The notes below the pieces were generated by a model, which did not search any database, was not told where the DNA came from, and saw nothing but the letters and a program-made list of their open reading frames with translations. DNA of 53,059 nucleotides, counting the filler, from Cladosporium halotolerans (lineage: Eukaryota), in NCBI RefSeq assembly GCF_011745625.1. It is 2 parts of 2 records of this genome, joined end to end, with 100 filler letters (N's around TTAATTAATTAA, not from the genome) between each part and the next. Parts side by side here need not be neighbours in the genome. Positions count along the whole stretch, not along the records: positions 26,714 to 53,059 come from NW_027191536.1; 1 more part is not named here. One strand, written 5' to 3'. Within the stretch, counting starts at the first letter, position 1. Each line of letters starts with the position of its first letter. A program made the translations under genes and the position numbers. Shown in pieces: positions 45,965 to 53,059 of the stretch.

Positions 45965-47960
45965 ATGAACACATTTCCGCGTTTCACAGCGAAAGAGCTC
46001 CACCACTATTCTATCTTCCTCGACAACGTCACCTCTCGTCTCGACATGTCGAACCACATGGCCGAGTCGCTCGAGGTTCGCCTGGCACAGACTCTCGTAG
46101 ATCAGCTTGCTCTGGAAATCGCCCGGGAGCTGCCTGCAGCCTTGCGCTCGTACCTTCTCGGGCGCCCGAGCGATGCTCGCAACGAACGTATAGTGCTAAC
46201 TTGTAAGCTCTCGGTCATCGACACGCGCGATCCATCCACCGAGAGTTCTCAGCAAGTCGCGGCGGTTGATATCACGAACTGTGTTGCGCCGCAACCGTCT
46301 GCTGTCCATATCAACAGCGATAACATAACGCCGGCCTATCCGAGCCCGACCCCTTCACATCTGTCGCACACTCAATACGCAGTGGCCTGTCGCGCGGACT
46401 CTGGCTTGATCCTACCGCCTGTAAATCGAGGAAATTCGAACGAAACTCGAAAGCGCAGGTGCTTGTCAGCGACAAGAGCAAGCCACCAGACAACAGACCA
46501 ATCTCCGCTACGTCAGGCACTGGACAAGACGCCCGCGGCTGAAAGGCCCTACGAGACGACGGTTGAGACACAACCCGGACTGCCTTCGCCCAGTAAGGCT
46601 GCACTGGACAAGCTCGTTATTGGCATCTGGCAAGCTTTGTTCTCGGATGCCGGCCTGGATTTCAGCGAGCTCCCACAAGCAGGCCAGCGCATGAAAGAGC
46701 TTGAAGATCTCAAGCTTCTCAAGAATGCACAGGGCAGGGAACTTGATGCGCCCTGCGACACTGTGTTCGCAACACGCGACACTTTCAATCGAGTCAACCT
46801 CATTGCGCGGAGGATCAGTCAAACGAGTCGGGCTTGCAGAGCAATCGAGATATGTGTGCAGGCCCGCTTGATTGAGTGCTTCGACGATCGCGTGAGAGCG
46901 CTCAGTCTTACACAATCTCACGAAGCCGCAAAGAAGTGCGCACTGAGCGAGGCATGCTTGGACTTTGGCTATTCATCGAAGGAGCTTCGTAACAAAATGT
47001 GCGTCTGGCGCGGATACCAAGAAGTCGCCTTGCGCGGAGGCTATGTTGCCTTGGTCTTCTCGGGCTTTGGGCTGTATAGATTCTGCAAGTACCGACTGGC
47101 CTTTGACCGCGCTGCTCTCGAGAAACTGGAAACGCTAAGGCCAGCTTTCGAAGTCGCGGCAGATACTATGCATGGCAATTGGAGACAAGTGTTGGGCTTC
47201 ATCGGGCTCGAGCAGGACCCCAAGTATACCGGTCATTTTCATGATTGGGTAATTTCTGGATCTCATGAGCCTCCTATGCCACTTGCACAAACCTACCACA
47301 GATGGGACAAGAACTTCAAATATGATCACATCCACGACTGTGTCGTCGACGTGGACGCCTGGGGCGACTGTGACCCCAGAGACACCCACTCAGCCAGCTC
47401 GCACGACATGGATATCTGTCGAGTCTGCGGCGAGCGTCAAGCGGACAACGCCTTGCAGAATGAGTGCATGTGCTTTCCAAATATATACGGCAAATCTTAC
47501 TCGAAACCACCGCCGGTTCAAGTTGGACGAACGCGTAACGGCAAGAATAATGGACTCTTCGCCTGTCTGCCTTTTGCGCAGGGTGAAGCCATAGGTGAGT
47601 TTGTCGGTCAGATCACCTCGGGTGTCGAGGGCTTGGACGTGATGTTCGGTCAAACCAAGCAGACGTCTTATCAAATCTGGCAGGGCAAATGCGGCAACTA
47701 TACCCGATTTGTCAACCACTCCTGCAAACCAAATGCGCAATATGAGCATTTTCTCTGGCTTGGCAAGCAACGAATCGTGCTTGTTTCGCAGGGCATCAAA
47801 GCGAACGCGGAAATCACAGTCGACTACTCAGACGTATACTGGCAGGTAAGCGTGCTTGACTATGAAAGGAAGAGCCTGTCCTGACCGAGCACAGGACTTG
47901 GATAAGAGATGTCTCTGCGGTGAGCTTGAATGCAGATATCCCACCCGTTTAAGGCCATGA
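45965..47960 (+). CDS. SET-domain protein (putative lysine methyltransferase) with long N-terminus; start uncertain
   Basis: KNNGLFAC, GEFVG, GNYTRFVNHSCKPN and EITVDYS..YW. Intron 47846-47894 yields the post-SET CLCGELECRY. Confidence 0.88.
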
Positions 47961-47988
47961 AGAAGGAGCCCCTATCTAATAATCTATA

Positions 47989-49190
47989 CGCCGGCTCAAT
48001 GGGTTCCAAAAAAGTGGTCGAGCCCTATAGGAATATTAGTTTATAGATAGCTATCTCTAGCAAACTCATCTATTTCGATATGAATAACTATATTTGCTTT
48101 TCTATATAGTATATAAATACGACTTCTTAGCTTTCTATGGAATTTTTCGCTACCCCTCCCCCCTAACTAACCGGCTTTCGAATCGAACTTCTTACGTTAA
48201 ATCGTATAAATCGTAAAAGATACTCTCGATAGCCGAAGAAGAGGCTCTCCTAAATTCGATTACTCGATTATCGAAGTCGGGAGTCCCTATTACTCTCTCG
48301 TTTACGAGAGAACTCGCTAAAGAAATCCGTAACGCCCGCTATCGCCTAACCTCGACTCCGACTTCCTACCTTCCTATTAGTAGATAGTAGATCGATACGT
48401 TCCGAAAACGATACCCTATACTAAAGACCCTATATTCTCGAGCTATAGACGCGAACCGCTTCGAAGTAGTAAGCTATCCGACTATAAACGCCTACTTTAC
48501 TACTCTTACTAACCTATTCCTCGAGTATTCCTACCCTTTCGACGCTATTTTTAACGTAGGCTAGACCGGATTCGCTCTCGGTACTACCTTACCTTCGAAA
48601 GTACTCTTTAATAAAGAGGAAGCTATAGGATTTTAGAAGATAAGCGGAAGGTAAGAGTAGATAACGGCGATAGAGTATATCGGAGCCTCGGGAGTCGCTT
48701 TACCTCCGCTTATTATCTTCCGGGCGAAAAATACGGATACCGGGTAGATACTAACCTCTACGCCCGAGAAGTAGAAGTTCTCTACCTCTCCTAGCGGGTC
48801 GACTTCCGATTCTTATACTTACGAGTAGTTAACTACCTTATTCGAATTCGAAACGGTCCGAAAAGATAGAAGAAAGAGGCTATTACTACTCGACGGATAT
48901 AGATCTTACCTTACGGCTAGGTTTATCGCTTTCTACCTCGATAAGAGGATAGATCTAATCGTATTATTACTATATACCTCGTATATATTATAACCTCTCG
49001 ATATCGGGCTATTCGGCCCTCTAAAGCGGGCTTTATCGACCGAGATCGACCGGCTTTTCCGGTTAGATACTCGACGAATACCGCGTATCGAGTAAACTTC
49101 GGCCTATATTATAGCTAGGATTAGAGCTTTTACGACTAGAACGTCGAATTAGCTTCCCGCGCGTCCGGTATCTACTCTTTAAGCCCGGTT
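47989..49190 (+). mobile_element. RIP-degenerated Fot1/pogo (Tc1-mariner, DDE_1) transposon, 3'-truncated
   Basis: Relic motifs IFNV..TGFALG, GR*E*ITAIEYIGASGVALPPLIIF, LLLLDGYRSYL, TSYIL*PLDIGLFGPLK and F/SRASGIY. Strong TpA excess. Starts after a TA dinucleotide. Confidence 0.88.
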
Positions 49191-49193
49191 ATA

Positions 49194-49510
49194 TATAATG
49201 ACCCCGGGAAGGTTAGAACGCGCGCTATTATAGGCGGTAGGCGGATCGTCGGATAATAGGTATAGGAGCGGAGCGAATCGGATACTAAACTAACTACGGA
49301 CTGAAGGCTAACCTTGACGTTAGTCCTATCGATAGGACGTAGCTCGAAGAGCTACGTTACGGATATAAAGTGCGTAGATAGGAGTAAGCCGCAAACTCGG
49401 CTTACCTCCTCCTTTCTAATCCTCGTTTCCTAAGGCAGAGACAGCCCGGGGACGGTTATAGTCACGTGACTAAGCCTGGCTTCTGAGCGTGCTACGGCTT
49501 GCCCGTGACA
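49194..49510. mobile_element. Probable RIPed solo LTR
   Basis: T(A)TAATGACCC...GTGACA ends, internal TAGTCACGTGACTA palindrome and TATAAA, with TATA on both sides. Confidence 0.5.
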
Positions 49511-49859
49511 TATATCTTATATATACTTCTTAATCAACTTACTAAACTATGGATTTATACTCGCTTCAAATTCGATAAATTAAATCTTGATCTATATCTT
49601 CCTTCTTTCTAATTACTTGATATCGTTCATACCAATACTTTACATCCGACCTAAATCGGTTTCCTTTATTTCTTCTATTACTTTTATTTCGACTTCGATA
49701 CTAATACTTGATAACTTTACTGTTCACCTGTTTTCTTATTATTTCCATGATCTTTACACCATCTTCATCTCTCCTCCACCCGGCCTGTCACCCATATGAA
49801 TGCATGTACCAACTCGCTACCACCCTCCTGTCCTACCGCCTCCGATCCTAAAACCTTTA

Positions 49860-51049
49860 TCGTCTCTTCTACTTGCTCGATCTTTGCTCCACGTCGCACC
49901 ATTCGCCTCTGCCATTCGCCTTCTGCTTCGCTATCCGTGTCCGTACTGTCGCTCTCGGTGTCACTCGCTTCGTCTGCTTCTTTCACTGTCGATCTTGCTG
50001 CTACCATCATTCGTTCAAACGCCCGGTCCTGCCTGCGATTGAACTTGTACGGCGGGCTCTTCCACGAATGCACTCGTCTCGTGCGTACGAAAAACGTCAC
50101 GATCTGCTGCCAATACCGACCCTGCCTTCTGATCTCGTCGCGATTTTGGTATGGTTCTAACGGACGGTAAACGTTCTGGTGCGCATTCCGTACGGATCGC
50201 CTCGAACCGTAACATGACTCCGCTGCGGGATACCGCGTCCTGGCTGGCCGACGCCAACTCGCCTGTCGCCTCCCAAACCGCTGCTGCTGCTCGCTCGTTG
50301 TCGTTCGCTTCGTTCTCGCCTTCTGCTATCTCTTCGTCGACGGTGGGTTCTCTTAAACATCGTAAAATGTCTTTGCGGTCGCGACCCTCCAAACACGGGA
50401 TCCACCCTGTCCGTCTCAACCACAGATTGACCTCATTCGTCTCGCCTGGCCGTATCGTGTCGTCTGATCGGATCCTATCGTAATGCTGTGATGCCTGCTC
50501 CCACGCCTGCGACCAAATCTCTTCGTCTTTACTTTGTCTGACGCTTCCTTCCCTTTGTTCTTCGCCGGATCGTACCTCGAAATACTGCGAATGCTCTTTT
50601 TGTACGAAAAATCGCTGGCATCGTACCTGTCGGCAATTCTGCAATATTTGACGGTCGATGTCTTCTTTCTTCAATATGCCTGACCCGCCTCGCTTCTGAC
50701 CGACCGAATGTCCATGCATCTTCCGCCAATGTTCTTTGATAACATCCATGTTGCGGCAAACGTACGCACGTTGTCCTTCATCCAACTCGCACTTCACACC
50801 GTCCGTTAACACGGGCAAACCTTCTACAGCTTCTTCGACATATTCGGGTATTTTGAATTCGCTAGAAAATCGCGCGATACCATGCCATTGCTCGATCTCG
50901 TCCGAAATCCCTACGGCTTGCTTTTTGGGCATCCTATGTTGCCTATTTGTTAAATGACCCACTACTTGCCTCGGCCACACCGCATATCGACATTCCTTGC
51001 ATACGACTACCTCCCACTCGGTCAAATGCTGAAAATGGCTGCTTGCCAT
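49860..51049 (-). pseudogene. Truncated second DUF3505 / telomere-linked-helicase-family gene (N-terminal zinc-finger part only)
   Basis: VVCKECRYAVWP...HLTNRQH, KEHWRKMH, CQRFF and NLWLRRTGW. A +1 frameshift at ~50187 continues as RPLEPYQ...RYWQQIVTFFVRT. No recombinase or helicase part remains. Confidence 0.8.
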
Positions 51050-51438
51050 TGTTTCGCTTCGGACGCGGTGTATGTACGGTTTGACTGCTCGGTGCCGCTT
51101 TGCTAATTGCGGGTATGAAACGAATGGGTGACAATCATTTGCGCTCCCGTTTAATGTCCTTCTCTCTGGCATATATATTTACACATCGCTCGTCCTGTCT
51201 CTGGGAAAATCGTTTGTCTGTAACAATACTAATCTCCCCTGCTGTGTCTCGCGTGGTGTGATACTTCTCATTGGTGCGCTTGTCTAATCCTTGCAGTTTG
51301 CGACTGTGTTTACCTCGATTCCAACGACGATAAGTTGACGATTATACTACTTATGACAGTGCTTGCAACACAAAATTCACTTACATTGATGTGCACTACA
51401 ACATATCAAAATTTGGGCGGAATTGGCGTTACTCCAAA

Positions 51439-51575
51439 TGAATCCAACGGGCCTGAATCCAATGGGCCCTCTACTGGCGTAACCCTAACGAAATTTGTAT
51501 GCGGGCTGAATCCAATGCGTACGCGTTGGATTCGACATTTTTGGATTGACTTAGTCGAGGTTTTATAACCCTAAG
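51439..51575. repeat. Subterminal TGAATCCAA direct/inverted repeats plus two AACCCTAA motifs
   Basis: TGAATCCAAYGGGCC twice (51439, 51454), a 26-bp palindrome at 51508-51533, and AACCCTAA at 51481 and 51567. Confidence 0.85.
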
Positions 51576-51900
51576 ATTTGTATAGGGTTTTAAAAGCTTC
51601 GACTTAAAGCCTTTGTCTTCTACTAGTAGATTTATTTATCTTCTATAAGTAGAAGTAGTTTAGTTTATAAGTAAGGTATATCCGACTAGATCTAGTAGCT
51701 ATTACTATTACTAAAAATAATGGCGTACATTAGCTACATTATAAGCATATGTAAAGAAAACAATGCTACAAAGTATATAATATATAGAAGAACTTATCTA
51801 CTAACAAAGAAGTCGAAGCTTTTATCCTATACCTTAGCCTAGAAGTTCTACAGTCGAAAATGATCTCTAATTTTACCGTTGACTTTGCTACAGTCGCTCT
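51576..51900. repeat. AT-rich RIP-degenerated repeat relic
   Basis: TpA-rich and CpA/TpG-poor; begins right after AACCCTAAG. Confidence 0.6.
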
Positions 51901-51946
51901 ATCACCAAACTCAACCGTCATCACCCAACCTTTAATAGATTCGGCG

Positions 51947-53059
51947 TTATTGATTGGCCTCGGCTGGTTGTCGCATCCATGATCGCGGCCAGCCGAGTAT
52001 GACATCATCAGCAGTGTTGCTGGAGAAGAACACCATTCCGTTAATCCACCGCTTGGGATCTACGACTCGGTTCGCACACACGCCGACTTTCAACATAACG
52101 GCATTTCCAACCTCGACAGTACCTCGTTTCGGAGGCTGCCATGTTGTCAAAACGTGCATGGGTTGATCCAACTCCCATTGCCGCGGAATGAATATACCGC
52201 TTCCAAGCCTGCCAGGAAGGCATCCGCAGCGCAATATTAAGCGGCTCCTGATCGCTTGGAAGAGCTTACAAGCCATGATGTCCATGAATGCAAGCGCTGA
52301 AGAAGCTCTGGCTGTCCTGCGTTTCTTCAGGTAACGTCGAAGCTCAGCTCCAAGTAGAGCTTGATCCCGCCGCTCGAGCTCCTCGACTAGACTCTCCAGC
52401 TCCAGTGAGTCCCAAGGGTTCTCTTCCAAGTGCTCTCTTCTCGCGGGATGGAGCTTTGGCAGGACAAGTTCACCAGTGTCGATATTTGCATGTTTCGGTA
52501 AGAACCATATGAAGCCTTTGGTCCCCAGACCCTGAGGAAGAATTACGGTCGATGGCAGCCGACAATGTTTCAGAAACGTCAATTTCCGTGCCACAATGGG
52601 CAGATCTTGAAATTCAGGTTGTATCTCTTCCAAAAACTCAAAGATATTGCAGCCGAGAAGATTGTGCCTCATTCTCTTATGGGCTCTGATGTTGAAGGAT
52701 ATCTCGCCATTGAGGAAGAATTGTGCAAGCAAAGACATACTCAAACTGCAACCTTTACGCCGCAATGCCTCAGCGTTCAGTCGAATGTCGTATGCGCAGA
52801 CATTTGCCGTGATTGCGAGAGTGTCCCATGCATCTTTCACCTCGCGATGCGCGATATCCGCGAAAATTCTGGCCGACATGGGTTTCCAAACGCCAGAGAA
52901 TTCCTCGAGTGTTATATTGTATCTTTCCACGACCGCGAGCATTCTTGCAATTAGGGTATCTCTCCGAGTACGATCGTCAACGGTGCATGCCAGAAGGAAA
53001 ATTGTTACTTGCTCGCGAAATCTTGTTGCTTGAACGCAAAACTCTCCTGGTATCCTACC
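51947..53059 (-). CDS. 3' part of a probable HET-domain-family protein (5' end outside the window)
   Basis: The frame is open to the window end. MSARIFADI...DTLAITANVCAYDIRL...SLSMSLLAQFFLNGEI resembles C-terminal blocks of fungal HET-domain proteins. Confidence 0.55.
   Translation of the reverse strand, partial: GRIPGEFCVQATRFREQVTIFLLACTVDDRTRRDTLIARMLAVVERYNITLEEFSGVWKPMSARIFADIAHREVKDAWDTLAITANVCAYDIRLNAEALRRKGCSLSMSLLAQFFLNGEISFNIRAHKRMRHNLLGCNIFEFLEEIQPEFQDLPIVARKLTFLKHCRLPSTVILPQGLGTKGFIWFLPKHANIDTGELVLPKLHPARREHLEENPWDSLELESLVEELERRDQALLGAELRRYLKKRRTARASSALAFMDIMACKLFQAIRSRLILRCGCLPGRLGSGIFIPRQWELDQPMHVLTTWQPPKRGTVEVGNAVMLKVGVCANRVVDPKRWINGMVFFSSNTADDVILGWPRSWMRQPAEANQ

Noticed and set aside
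44206..47960. Psilocybin-like cluster (decarboxylase + methyltransferase)
   Set aside because: The methyltransferase is SET-type, unrelated to PsiM, and there is no kinase or P450.

Overview
This is filamentous ascomycete DNA, probably a Dothideomycete: it has short GT-AG introns with CTRAC branch points and RIP-type C>T/G>A damage. It falls into two blocks joined by an artificial 100-nt scaffold gap (N44-TTAATTAATTAA-N44, 26614-26713). The left block is mostly core genome: heme-thiolate peroxidase, a frameshifted deaminase, an MFS transporter, a hypothetical gene, SEC7, PDH E2 (LAT1), an IMP2-like peptidase, tartrate dehydrogenase, HET-C2/GLTP and an AAA ATPase, ending in a broken MFS gene. 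The right block is an accessory patchwork: a Ulp1-like relic, a frameshifted Est1/SMG6-type gene, a truncated Trk K+ transporter, an arrestin-like relic, BOR1, a Zn2Cys6 TF, a PsiD-like decarboxylase, a SET protein, a RIPed Fot1/pogo transposase, LTR-like pieces and a HET-family gene. The most notable feature is at 31540-36048 (minus). It is one ~1500-codon reading frame, broken only by 11 RIP-type TAG stops, that fuses zinc fingers (DUF3505 / telomere-linked-helicase type), a tyrosine-recombinase-like R-K-R-H-Y catalytic set and a RecQ helicase. A second, diverged and truncated relative sits at ~49860-51049. Both relatives, and the breakpoint of the broken MFS gene, are bordered by the telomere-like 9-mer AACCCTAAG. 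This suggests a YR-helicase mobile element that uses telomere-repeat sites.
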